A stretch of 63,082 bases of DNA, counting the filler, from Octopus bimaculoides (taxonomy: Eukaryota), in NCBI RefSeq assembly GCF_001194135.2. It is 3 parts of 3 records of this genome, joined end to end, with 100 filler letters (N's around TTAATTAATTAA, not from the genome) between each part and the next. Parts side by side here need not be neighbours in the genome. Positions count along the whole stretch, not along the records: positions 31,254 to 56,184 come from NC_068995.1; positions 56,285 to 63,082 come from NC_068997.1; 1 more part is not named here. One strand, written 5' to 3'. The notes beneath the pieces are model-generated. The model was not told where the DNA came from and ran no database searches. It saw only the letters and a list, made by a program, of their open reading frames with translations. The position numbers and the translations under genes are program-made. This document shows positions 49,710-62,355 of this stretch, piece by piece. Position 1 is the first letter of the stretch. Every line of letters begins with the position of its first letter.

Positions 49710-50850
49710 GTGCTTTGTTTATTGGCCTCTAGAACCGAAACATAAATACAAAATAATACAATACAAAGGAAAAAGGTAGTGGGGACATACATTAAACATG
49801 TTAAAAGAAAGAAATCAAGTAACAATTGATAAATAAATGACAATAGAATTCCCCATAAGTGAAGCGTAGTTTAGGCATCCCACAGATCACAAAGCCACCT
49901 TAAACACCTAGAGAACCCGAGGATAATGCAACGTCATCTCCGAACTCTCAAGCCTGCAGGTGTATACTCAATGTATGCCCATTCATCCTAGCTAGCAATC
50001 CTCGTTAGATTCGCCCCCTCTTAATAAGTGTACTGGGGGAGGGAAGCAACTTCCCTCTCAAATGGAACTTGGTCAAGTTGATGAAGGCTTAGCCGAACGA
50101 GAAAGTATCTGTCATCAGTCCTTTCAATCGCGTCCATCATAACACTTTTCTAGCTACAGCCTCCAGACAGAAGTTTTGACTAAAAAAAGTCCCGGCCAAA
50201 AGAAGGTGGCGGGGTAATTTTCACGATGGAGTCGGCTGTTAGCTAGATTCGTCCTACACGCGATAACAGCTGTTCGACAAATGCTAGGATACTGAACGAG
50301 TGCGTATAGAACGATTTCGTCACCCTGTGAGCATTTCGGACAGGTCCATATGAAAGCATTTCCGTGTCTGTAGATTTTGTCTCGAACCGGCAGTACCTCC
50401 AGGTAGCATTGTCAGGCCAGAGATTTCAGGAAATCATCAAGACCTAAAGCTACCCTGGAGCGAAAGTTCACCGGAACAGACTGGTTAATCCGTTTTCGTC
50501 GACGCCTAGAGTCTCCTCGAAAACGCCGGTGCCTTTGCCAGCAGCTCGTCCGCTACTGAAGACTAGTGAGGAATTTCCACTGATCGACTGGGAGAGGGCT
50601 GCGAGCGTCTAGCAATATTACTGATGCCAGGTGCCCAGTCTCGGTCTTCGCTTGACCCAGAAATGCAGCTACGGAGATGTGTGGAGAAACATACTTCACA
50701 AACGGCGACATGACTTGGTCACCGTTTATGGATATCTACAAATGCCGCAGCCTTAGCGCAATTTGGTGCATTATCAACCACGGCTAGCCGAGCCCTCCGC
50801 GTGAAGAGCTTGGCAGCAGATGGAGAACCTGACCAGTGGAACCTGTCTAT
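49710..50850 (-). mobile_element. Tx1/L1-clade ORF2 3' fragment with 3' UTR
   Basis: Minus translation PLVRFSICCQ...PWLIMHQIALRLRHL and WQCYLEVLPVRDKIYRHG...TCPKCSQGDE, homologous to 10054-10810; AATAAA at 49723-49718, then (ATC)n. Confidence 0.8.
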
Positions 50851-50874
50851 CCCCCCCCCCCCAAAAAAAATGAA

Positions 50875-50940
50875 AAAGACGGACGAAATGCCGATCTGTA
50901 TTTTGTCCAGTGTGTTAACGATTCTGCTAGCTCGCTGCTT
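50875..50940 (-). mobile_element. SINE family B head
   Basis: GCAGCGAGCTAGCAGAATCGTTAACAC on the minus strand. Confidence 0.75.
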
Positions 50941-51479
50941 TTCCGGGTTAAATAACAACATGGACGTATACTAAGAAGCTCTCACCACTAAACGAATTTA
51001 ATCCAACATCGGTGCAACGGAAGGGAAACTTCGCAATACATCCACGGGAAAAGTTCTTTTAACGCAAGCAGGTAAATTAATTAAAAACGTATACATGCAA
51101 CTGAAATTAATTAAAAACGTATACATGCATACATATACGCATTTTAATAGTTACAAGCAACTTAAATACTGCTTACACGACATGCACACACGTACACACA
51201 CACAAACAAAAAAACACGTATCACGAGCTAAGCAAAACAAAGACAAATCGGTTTTCCACGAACGAACACAAAAAAAGGAGCAAATTAGTCACTGAGTTTT
51301 AAAACATCACTAAACAGTCATGCTCGGAAACATATCTACCAAAAACAAACAAAAAACAAAAAGATGTAGGCGAATTTCGATATGAGACGACGATATGAGA
51401 AATATATTCATTTGAAGAACTCGGAAGTGGTGTCCTGTCAAGAAGTGAACTCTGTACAAACAGACCTGTCTCTTAATGT

Positions 51480-52740
51480 CATCGTCTATGATTTAATGAC
51501 AACAGACCAAAACTCACGACGGATCGGTCATCGCCCAGGTCAACAAGGGCTGCGTCACTCAGTAGGGAACTAGACTGAGGTCGAAAAGTCTGCTACTGGA
51601 ACAAGCTCTCAAAAAGATGATCTACTAGGTAACCAGAACCAGAATAATCCCAACCCTAGACTTTACTGACGCTACCAAAAACACCACTTAAGGCAAAACG
51701 CATTAAATGAACTAGAGAGAACTATAGAGGTGTTTTGAAAGCTTTTATACTGCCCAACTGAACACAAACACTAACGTCATTGTACAAATATACATTTCAC
51801 GGGGAAACGCAGTAGACAATGAAGTACGTAGATATATAGGATGCAAATAAATTAAGTAATGTACGTAGAGATATCATTAAGAACAAAATATCAACTGACG
51901 CTGAAATTGACCAAATTACAACACAAATAACTCATGGTAGATGAAATGAAAACAGCAACAATGTAGGCAAAATAAGTAACAGAAGCACAGAACCCAGTGT
52001 ACGAGAAGTAAATCAGCTTCCCAGCGAGGATGCTAATCAAATAATAGTGAAGGAAAGAGATGTGGAAAAGGAGGAGAACGTAGATCTACCCCCTCCCATA
52101 CACACACACACTGCCACCACTACCACAAAAAAAGAGACATAACATAGAATTTGAGATCTATAATATACAACAGTTTATGGAAGCTAAAGAAGACATCATG
52201 AGAGAAAGCAAGATTGAGTTTACTGATATGGTAGAGAACCGCTGACAAAGTTTTCAAACAGCAAAAAGAATAGCAACAAAATTATGATATATAACGTTGC
52301 TCTTAGACAGATCTTAAGAAATAAGGGAGATGATCTAACAATCTTAAATAATATCATCTATCCCACTGCTAAAGTAATAACAGCCCAACTAGGTATTAAG
52401 ATGACGAAGAAAACGACCAAACATGTCAATAAACCTCCTAAGTGGAAAGCAGCAATACAAAATGAGATTGAGTCTCTGCGGGTGGATATATCAGTTCTCG
52501 ATGAACTTGCTTGGAGAATAAATATGAAGACAAAAAAGCTAGAATAATCAAGCAAAAATATAAAATCAAAGATTTTATAAACCTTCCTGCAACTAAGGAA
52601 CTTTTGAAACAAAGTATACTGTTGAAAGCCCAACGGCTTAGAAGGTATGATTTAAAAAAATCAAATTTTATCGACAAAACAAAATATTCATGATAGATGC
52701 AAAGAAATTTCATAGGGAAATTGGGAAAATTAGCGAGACG
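51480..52740 (+). mobile_element. Dong/R4-type LINE N-terminal region, decayed
   Basis: KRIK*TRENYRGVLKAF, NNIIYPTAKVIT, PPKWK...IQNEIESLR.DISVLDEL, LLKAQRLRRY, DAKKFHREIG. Confidence 0.75.
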
Positions 52741-53009
52741 TCACTTCATGTATGAATGTAGCTAATGTGTCCCAGACTGCAAAATTGATGCAACATCATA
52801 TGATACACAGTATCCCATCCATAAAGGACAGTCACAAGATGGGCTGAAACGATCGTCGTACAAAATAAAGAGTTATACCAAGTCTATCTTCTGTTTACTT
52901 AATCGATTATTATCTCAACAAACACCGCTGAATTCCTGAAGTAGATCCAACGGAAATATACCCAAACTGCGCATGACACCAGGTAGCCCAAACCGTGCTA
53001 GTGCTTTAC

Positions 53010-53113
53010 TCAACACATCAGCCCGAGGCTATAGTAGAAAGCACTTGCCCACGGTGCCACACGATGGGACTGAACCCGGATCCATGTAGTTGGGAAGCAA
53101 GCCACGCCTGCGC
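53010..53113 (-). mobile_element. SINE family A 5' fragment
   Basis: CCCGAGGCTATAGTAGAAAGCACTTGCCC...GGGACTGAACCCGG. Confidence 0.8.
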
Positions 53114-53494
53114 CGACGATAAGTTCTTCTTTGAATTATTTAACGATTGATCAATCAATAAAATGCACCATCATTGTATATGATATTTGATGAGTGCTTA
53201 AATTGGTATTAGTCAACCCTTACTATAATAAAAAAAAAATGATAACGTAGACAACAAGTATTTAAAGAAATGACCCATTACATTTGTGGGTAGGAGAGTG
53301 ACACCGTCAGTGATGTGTTTGCTGATAGGTATCATTACAGTTCTAGGAGGAACTGGAGGAGGGAAAACGAGGAGGTCAATGTAAACGATAAGAAAAGAAA
53401 CGTGTGAAGGGAGGAGATGGTTGTAGTAGGGGGAAGGATGAATATAAACAGGAGGGAACAGATAAAATAGTTTGAAAGGGCAAACAATGAAGTG

Positions 53495-53495
<1 letters not shown>

Positions 53496-53560
<65 letters not shown>

Positions 53561-53684
53561 CAAAGAAGAAGAAGAAGAAGAAGAAGAAGAAGAAGAAGAA
53601 GAAGAAGAAGAAGAAGAAGAAGAAGAAGAAGAAGAAGAAGAAGAAGAAGAAGAAGAAGAAGAAGAAGAAGAAGAAGAAGAAGAA
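53496..53684. repeat. Compound (GTA)n-(GAA)n microsatellite
   Basis: Explains the poly-V/R/S/Y/F/L/T ORFs in the track. Confidence 0.97.
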
Positions 53685-55681
53685 GGAAAGAGTACATGAT
53701 AAAAAAGAAAGTAGACAAAGCAACAACAACAAAAAAGCAAAAATCTGGAACAATAAAGATTGATAAGGAAAGGTGAAGAGAGAAACAAAAAACGAAGTCG
53801 AGGAAAATACTGAAAAATATGAAAGCAAAACATGAATGACAAAAGAGAAAAAGAGAGATATGTAATGGGAGAAAGGAAAGGAGAAGTGGAATTTAGCGCG
53901 AGATAAGAAAGAGATTTTTGTTGCTCTGTCTTAGTCCCAGGTCAACTATGATCAAAGGTATTCCAGTCGTGACTATTCCCTTACACTCCAAACAATGTAT
54001 CTGGGACTATATAACCCGATGAGCACTCTCTACGATATAAGACTGTGGGGCGTAATTTCAGGGAAAGTTGGCTACTTCCCTTAGTTCAAGAGTTAGGGAT
54101 GCACACTGTCGATAGGATAGTTGAAGACAATGTGGCAAAGCAGAAGAAAATGTTGATAAACGTGTGTGTCTGTGTGTGTACTTGCCTGGAGCAACGTTCA
54201 ACATAGAACTTAACTCAGCTTCTACTAATGAATATAGAGCTGCATTAACTCCTCTAAAGATTCCATGTAAATGTATAAGAATTTACAAAAGTTTACTAAA
54301 AGAAATAGTTTTAATGTTTGGAGAAAATCTTTCTGAAATCAGTTTTGATTTGCAATAAAATACAGTTGCAGTCATAACTGATAAAGAGCCTTTGGTAAAT
54401 TTGACAAAAATCTTTATTTTGAGCATCATTTGTGTTACACACACAAACTTCATTTGACTGCTTGTGATGTACTCTAAAAGAAAACTGAAGCAAATTGTGA
54501 TGAAGTTAATTTAACTAATGACTCATGACGACGATGACCATGAGTTTTAAGGTATATTCTAATCTGATGATGAAAATATAGCGTTGCAAATATCACCTTC
54601 TAAACACATTAACTCCTTGCCCTGGTTCCTGGCTTCTGACTCAAAGCAAAATACAGACAATATTTATCTAATCTACCACCAACGTTAGACTTATTTGATC
54701 ACCAAGTAAGAAACCACTCCGTTGTTTTTGCCTTTTTTTTTTTTACTCAGAAATCTTTTAAATTTACATTTCTGTCATTGTTGTTTTAGCTACAAAACAT
54801 TTCTCAAACTTATCCTATACAACGCCGGTTCCTAAGCAACCACTCTCATCCATACCTCTGATCCTAAAAAAAATTCGAAAGTTATTTATTAAATTTCTGC
54901 ATTAATATTCTTTGAATATTTTTTTAATTTTTTTTTTAGAAATGTAACTTTTCTTACATCACGCTTACATTTACTTATCTCATTATTACTAGGATTCTGA
55001 ATCAGCAGAGCTGTCTTACTAAAAGATCTCACCAGTCAGTTGTGAAAAAGTGATTAATGAATCAATCATACACAGCATTGCATAAAACATGTTTCACTGC
55101 TTCACTGTACTAATTTTTAACATTGAGTAACATTTCGTACACTTGTCAGTGAGTACATAATCCAGGCATTCTTTTGACTGTTGTTCGAAGCTCCTCCATA
55201 TTGTTTCTTTCTGTTTTCGTTTTTGTTATTTAGATGATCTCTAATAAGATGTTTGTCTTCATTATGTAGAGTTTTGATTAAGATGATACAGGCAGGACGA
55301 TTTAATATCTTTTTCATCTTCGTTATATCGAAGACGTCGATATCGAATGCACTTTGCCTTCTGTTAACATTGTAGAAGAATTGTTTGAGGAAGATTTAGT
55401 TGCAATGTATAGCAAGTCGATTGCCTGCCTAGAAACTTCTCACATTGGTTTCATAATTCTTTTGGAAACGCATTTGCAACAGATATAAAATATATAGTTG
55501 GTCAGTGATCAGACAGGGTATTGAGTAAAAACAGAAAGGTTTTATAAAAATTGGTTGATGTGACATGAAAATAAACAGTTCAAGTTGATAGATGTTGTTG
55601 TTCTTGTATAATCGTCAGGTCAATTCTTTTAGATTACGACAGGTTCCCTTCAGATTCCGTCTATAGTATTCACTCACATGG

Positions 55682-55750
55682 CTTTAATCGGGCTGTGGCT
55701 ATAGTAGAAAACACTTGCCCCAGAAGCCACGCAGTGGGGCTGAACCCAAA
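55682..55750 (-). mobile_element. SINE family A fragment
   Basis: GGCTATAGTAGAAAACACTTGCCC...CACGCAGTGGGGCTGAACCC. Confidence 0.75.
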
Positions 55751-55939
55751 TACATGCATATATATGTAGATGTAAGAATGTATGTACGTACGTACATACA
55801 TACATACATACATACATACATACATACAAACATATAGATGTGTGTGTGTATGTGTGTGTGTGTGTGTATGTGTGTGTGTGTGTGTATGTGTGTGTGTGTG
55901 TGTGTGACTGCGTGTGCATCCTTCTTTGGACTTTTTCTA

Positions 55940-55976
55940 GATTTCTGATGAAGAGTTCCACTCGAAACGTGAAATC
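55940..55976 (+). ncRNA. Minimal type I hammerhead ribozyme relic (Penelope-type)
   Basis: Stem I GAUUU/AAAUC, CUGAUGA(A), stem II GAG/CUC with UUCCA loop, GAAAC, palindromic ACGU stem III; position 17 is G (GUG), not a cleavable triplet. Confidence 0.65.
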
Positions 55977-56074
55977 CTCATTCTTTTCTTTCCTTTCCTG
56001 AGCGTCCAATAACACTGTACTTATTCCATGTACTCACGTTGTTGCTTTTTCTTGCTTGTTCATGTTTGGATTGA

Positions 56075-56113
<39 letters not shown>

Positions 56114-56121
56114 ACTATCTA

Positions 56122-56184
<63 letters not shown>

Positions 56185-56284
56185 NNNNNNNNNNNNNNNN
56201 NNNNNNNNNNNNNNNNNNNNNNNNNNNNTTAATTAATTAANNNNNNNNNNNNNNNNNNNNNNNNNNNNNNNNNNNNNNNNNNNN
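56185..56284. other. Assembly spacer N44-TTAATTAATTAA-N44
   Basis: Same construct as 31154-31253. Confidence 0.9.
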
Positions 56285-56369
56285 ATATATATATACACGC
56301 ATATATATGTATGCGTGTGTGTGTGTGTGTGTATTTATGTATGTATTTATGCTCTATATGTCGGGGCAT

Positions 56370-56540
56370 CCCCTAAATTTCCTCAACTAAATTCACTCAC
56401 AAGGCATTCACAGATACTGAGGCCGGGGTTAGAGTACAGTTCACTTTCCCCTAAAGTAGGATTGAACCCGACACCGCATGGTTGCAAAACATGCTTCTTC
56501 ATCGCTTTATTCCTGCTCTACTACACAACCATGCCTGCAA
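56370..56540 (-). mobile_element. Highly degraded SINE family A fragment
   Basis: AAATTCACTCACAAGGC and TGAACCCGACACCGCATGGTTG. Confidence 0.55.
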
Positions 56541-57721
56541 CTCCAAGCCATTGTCTCTCCTTTTCTTTATCTAGACCCCATGTTGTATCTAACGTTAACA
56601 TTAGAACATCAGTGAGAATGCAAAGCGAACGACCTATTTACTTATTATTATGAAATTTCATTGAAATTCCTTTTACCGAAGTGAATGTGAGCACTTGACC
56701 TTACCATTTTAAGCTTTATAAATTACTGACAGCTCGCGATTTAATTCCAGAGATTACCCACCACATAAGCCCAATGTATTTCTCTCTACTTACTCCTCAA
56801 TGAGTCCTGTTAAATGCACGATTTTCCTTTTTAGTCCTCTATTTTCCGTTCTCCTTTTCCATGTCTACTCTCTCTGCACAGATTCACCACATGTTAGTAT
56901 GTATATTCTTAACGATGGGATACCTAAATAATCCATGTAGCACTTTGTATTCAGTCTGATAACTATCTGAGTTGCTAGCTCTCATAATACCAAGTAGTTC
57001 TTGACTTTAAACAGAGAGTACTGTTTTGAATTTCTCACCTTTAGGTAAGTATACTATATACATACGGATACACACACAAACATACATACACACACACATN
57101 NNNNNNNNNNNNNNNNNNNNNNNNNNNNNNNNNNNNNNNNNNNNNNNNNNNNNNNNNNNNNNNNNNNNNNNNNNNNNNNNNNNNNNNNNNNNNNNNNNNN
57201 NNNNNNNNNNNNNNNNNNNNNNNNNNNNNNNNNNNNNNNNNNNNNNNNNNNNNNNNNNNNNNNNNNNNNNNNNNNNNNNNNNNNNNATATATGTATATAT
57301 ATATATATATGTATACACACACACACATGTATATATGTATGTGTGTTGTAAAACCTCGACAATTTATAGAAGAAAAACTCAGAACATGTTTCTAACCAAC
57401 AAGTTTTATCTGCGTTTTATCCTTCTATATTATCAGTACGTTAATAACTGCTTGACATGTGCAACAATATCAGTTATGCACAGAAAAAGAGTAAACTGCT
57501 CTGTTGCGTTCAAGTCGTGATGTGTAATGGTTGGTGATATTTTTGCGTATGACAGAAATTTATAAAGATATTCATTATATAGAGCAATTAAAATAGCTGA
57601 TGAATATTATAAGACAGAAAACTTTTGGTTTGTCTCCCTTGTATACTCGATTAATCGTTATGAGTGTTGACTGCTACTTCATTTCATCAATCATAGAATT
57701 CTGAATATCAAAGTTTGATAC

Positions 57722-57820
57722 CAGAAGTATCTGTACAATTAACATCTGTGCTGTATTGTACATCTGGCTCATCATAGACTACATTGAAGTTTTGTTTATG
57801 TATTTGGGGCATTACATCTG
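57722..57820 (-). CDS. Candidate coding exon E2 (phase 1-1, 99 nt): DVMPQIHKQNFNVVYDEPDVQYSTDVNCTDTS
   Basis: Strong acceptor tttttaattttattttcgtgtttcAG at 57822-57821 (CAGCAG tandem), weaker donor G|GTATCA at 57721; open frame. Confidence 0.45.
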
Positions 57821-58037
57821 CTGAAACACGAAAATAAAATTAAAAAATTACATCATTAAGTAATAATAAAAGACATATAAATGCAACTACTCAACTGATT
57901 GGTCATTAAAATATTCCTTGAGCAATCTTTAATTATTCAATGAGTCATTTACTCTTCATTTATTTTTCTCTCAAACTCCACTTAGAAAAATAGATGAAGA
58001 TGGAGAGAGAAATGTTCTGCTCCAGTAAATATCATAC

Positions 58038-58077
58038 ATCTTGGGCGACTGTGAATGCAACCATTCAACGCCTGCAT
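58038..58077 (-). CDS. Candidate exon E1 (phase 0-1, 40 nt): MQALNGCIHSRPR
   Basis: Acceptor tatttgttctctaacttgcAG with CTAAC branch-like motif, donor T|GTATGA at 58037; joins E2 in frame across a 217-nt intron. Confidence 0.4.
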
Positions 58078-58451
58078 CTGCAAGTTAGAGAACAAATATC
58101 GTGAGATAGCACTTGCTCTTGAGGTCAGGATGATCTCGGATAACTAGGAAGGATTTCTTCATTGGTCTCATTTCGATGATCGCCTTTATAACGAGGAATG
58201 TATCATACATGTTTGTATTTATGTAAATGCATACTATACTATGTATATACTTTTGTTTTATTCCTTTACTTCTTCTTCGTCGTCGTCGTCACTGTCCTCC
58301 TCCTCCTCCTCTTTCTCACTCCCCTCCCCGTCCTCTTTATCTCTTTATATAGACATCTCCACATTGTGTAACCGTCCTTTCTAATCTTCTTTACATCAGA
58401 AGCTCATTATTTACTCTCTGTTTTAGCGACTTATATACCCATATACAACTC

Positions 58452-58500
58452 TGCCCTAGCCACTGGACCCCGCTGCCCTAGCCACTGGGCCATTGCGCCT
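58452..58500 (-). mobile_element. tRNA-like SINE head with a 16-bp internal duplication
   Basis: GGCGCAATGGCCCAGTGGCTAGGGCAG; CTGCCCTAGCCACTGG occurs twice. Confidence 0.6.
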
Positions 58501-58605
58501 CTACGCTTACATATATAAATGCATGTGTATGTGTGTATGTGAGCGTGTGTGTGTGTGATTCTGTATGTGTGTGTGTGACCCGTGCGAGCACGTGTGTATA
58601 CCAAA

Positions 58606-58666
<61 letters not shown>

Positions 58667-58734
58667 CTTTTATTCTTTTATGTTTCAGCTCTGAGGCTGC
58701 GGCCATGCTACGGTATAGATACCGCCATATCCAT

Positions 58735-58786
<52 letters not shown>

Positions 58787-58889
58787 GCACACAAACACAC
58801 ACATATATATATATGCACACAAACACACATATATGTATGTATACATACACATGTGTATGATTTTGGGTATTTCTGTTAAGTTTTTACTA

Positions 58890-59180
58890 CATGCGGAGGT
58901 AGTTCGCTTCCGAACCACATGGTTTCGGTTTCGGTCCCACTGCATAGAAGGTGGGGCAGATGTCTCCTATTACATTCGCGGGCCTACTACAGCTTTGTAA
59001 GTGGATATGGTAAGCGGAAACTCAAAGAGGCTCGACGTATATAAATATATATATATATATATATGTGTATGTGTTTGCATGCGTGTCAGTCGCCATCACC
59101 GATTCAAGACGAGTGTAGTTTAATTTACATCCCATTAACTTAGTGGTCCGGCAAAAATCACCGATAGTATAAGTGCCAGA
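58890..59180 (+). mobile_element. Degraded SINE family A copy
   Basis: AACCACATGG...GGTCCCACTGC...GTGGATATGGTAAGCGGAAACT...AACTTAGTGGTCCGGCAAAA..ACCGATAG. Confidence 0.75.
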
Positions 59181-59696
59181 TTTTTTAACAAGAAATAGAT
59201 AAATAAATAAAAGAAAGTACGCCGTTCGATTTGTTCAGTGCCTCATCATATCGCATGGTTTCCAGCTTTTGGAGCATGGTTTCGATCTTTAGAACAATTT
59301 ATAGAATTTTTAGAATTCAAGTGGAACATTAATAAATAGGCAAAGAAAGTCCTTATGCTTAAGTCAAAACAACTCTTAAGTGTTGCAGTTACCTGAATTA
59401 GCCGGTGTATGCGTATGTGTGCGCACGTTGTGCATATAAACGAGAGCGTGAATAAACTTAACTCTCGTAGGGTGTATGTCACAGTACACAACAAATATGT
59501 ATCATTAATGTTTATGTGTGTACGTGTATATGTGTATATCTGTTTCATATGTATGTATATGTAACTCTTTGCATATGTTCACCCAGGGAATACGAATAGA
59601 GAATCCCTGAAATGTTTTACAAATTTGCAGTTCCTCTAATCGATTGTGTGTAACGGTTACAAGTATTTGTGCATGCATGTATGTATGTATGTATGG

Positions 59697-59731
<35 letters not shown>

Positions 59732-59915
59732 CGTTTTCATTCCTCAATCTACGTTCATAATAGACACACGTGTACACGTATCTACTTAAGTAGGTAGTTC
59801 GTTAGATCGGTAGTTCGTAGGATTACATGAGGAGCTAAGATGAGTAGGGTATGAAGAAAGGAAGTCGTGGCGATGGGGGGGGGGAGATAAACAGGCAGCG
59901 CAGGCCGCGGCTCAC

Positions 59916-59960
59916 CAGCAACGAAGACAGGCCGGGAAAAAAAATATATTTCTTGAGAAG
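59916..59960 (-). other. Candidate exon E0 (45 nt; 5' UTR or phase 0-0 coding LLKKYIFFPGLSSLL)
   Basis: Acceptor aaaacttttcAG at 59962-59961, strong donor CTG|GTGAGC at 59915, followed by a CpG-rich patch; no in-frame ATG nearby. Confidence 0.35.
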
Positions 59961-60239
59961 CTGAAAAGTTTTCAATCTACACCGATAACATCTCTTCTAA
60001 TCTCAATGGAGTATTGTGGTGTTAGTGAAGAACCACTTTAATTTTGACACAACATACAGATAAAATAACAACAAGAACAATAATACCAACTACAACAACA
60101 GCAACAACAACAGCAATAGTATATTTACATTTACACACAAGAACACCAACATACTTACAGACACACATACGCTCGCATGTTCATAAACATATATATAAAT
60201 ATATATATTTACATGTAAACACAAGCATACATACATATA

Positions 60240-60315
<76 letters not shown>

Positions 60316-60822
60316 CCACACACACATATATACACACACACACGACTGTGTGTGTGTCACATGTGTATATGCGGATACGTAAACATAAGAGGCTCTTCAA
60401 GAAGAAACTACTTCAAATGCTTGCTCACACACAGTCAAATACAACCACACACTCATGCACAGAGACACACATACACACCTATACATACATACGCATACAT
60501 ACACATACAAACATACATACGTACGTACCTACATACATAAAAGCATTCATACATACATACATACATACACATGTATACGGACTCGTAGACACAAGAGGAT
60601 ACTGAAGAGGAAAACAATTTGATGCAAATTAAGAAATAACAGTACTTATGCCACCCCACGCCATCTTCTCAATCGCAAACACGCAGTTATACACGCACAC
60701 GCACACATACACACATGCACACACACATATATGCACACAGGGCGTCAAATTCACATAGACGCAAAGTGTTGAAGCTACCTCCCTCAGAAGTGCTCACATA
60801 TTTTATGAAAATACCGATGTTG

Positions 60823-60897
<75 letters not shown>

Positions 60898-61474
60898 ATA
60901 CAGAGGAAGGATCGAGGTGGGGAGAGAGATGAAGTGCTTGAGAGGAAGAATGAGGGATTGTGATGGACTGAAATGAGAGGGAAAACAAATTAAGGAAAGG
61001 CAAAACAAAAACCCGAAGAGGGTAAACTGAAAGAAGGAAGGGGAGAACGAAGGAAAAGCGTTAAAAGGAACAAAAGAAAAAACACGTGAAATGAAGACGT
61101 CAAATGAAAGAATTTGATGAAAAGAAGAGCACAAAAATGTGGGAAAGAAAGAAAGAAGGTAAAAGAAAGAAGGAAGGAGTTGGGAACTATGGAAATAGAG
61201 AGTGAATGAAAGGTAAGAAGTGGAAAGCGAGATAGAGGAGAGGAAAATAACGGATAAAGGTGAAAACGAGAGAATGAGAGACAAGGAAGGCGAAAGGGAT
61301 TGCATTATTAAGATTAACTGATGTTCTACACACACACAGACACACACACACACACACACACAAAGACACACATACATGCACACACACGTATAGAGACACA
61401 GATAAACACGCACATACACACATTAACCGAAAGATGTGGAAGGCAGAGTACTCAATACTAGTGTTAGAGTATAC

Positions 61475-61505
<31 letters not shown>

Positions 61506-62244
61506 NNNNNNNNNNNNNNNNNNNNNNNNNNNNNNNNNNNNNNNNNNNNNNNNNNNNNNNNNNNNNNNNNNNNNNNNNNNNNNNNNNNNNNNNNNNNNNN
61601 NNNNNNNNNNNNNNNNNNNNNNTATATATATTTGAAGGTTTGGAGGTGATGTACAGAAATTATATAGAAAAAAATTAAGGTACTCAGAAATCTGGATGTT
61701 TGTACATTTACAGATTTTTATTATATATATAGAATGGCCGCAGTGAAATGACTGAAACAAGTAAAAGATTAAAAGAATAAAAGAAGATTTACGAACGGTG
61801 GACAACATTTGCCTTAATATGTTCATTTAGGACTGTTAACAGGCTCATTTCTAAGCTCATTTTTCTTGTTTCTAACAAATAAAGAATACGGTTAAAAGTA
61901 ATACTTCAAGAGATACTTTAATCGATTTACTGTGCACTGCAATTTGTAGACTTATTCCTTTATAGATCATTGTTGTTGTGTTCCTGTTACTGAGCCCTCT
62001 ATCGGCCACGATATATACTTGAGCCCAGCAAATGAAAGGCATGGTCTGTCACAAACTGTGCACACAAAATATCATTGTCAATAATAACGTCGTTTATTTG
62101 ACATCAGGGCGTAACAATAAATGGCATTGGCCGATGAAACAATGAGTGTCCTACTTCATGGTTTGCGGTAACCCCTCTGACGTTCTTTGTTAGATAAATA
62201 TCCGTGTATGTGTGTATATGTGTGTGTGTTTGTGCGAGTGAGTG

Positions 62245-62355
62245 TATCAAGTATTTCCCCAGTATCCGTGTGCCAAATTCACTAACAAGGCGTTGGTCAG
62301 TATAGGGCCATAGAAGAAGACCCTTGCCCAATGTGTGGTTCTGTGAAGCTGAGCT
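62245..62355 (-). mobile_element. Degraded SINE family A fragment
   Basis: CCAAATTCACTAACAAGGCGTTGGTC...ATAGAAGAAGACCCTTGCCCAA. Confidence 0.65.

Noticed and set aside
3769-61826. Long ORFs containing X runs or HT/YI/CV/SL/poly-residue tracts
   Set aside because: Products of N gaps and microsatellites; many start at TTG/GTG/CTG.
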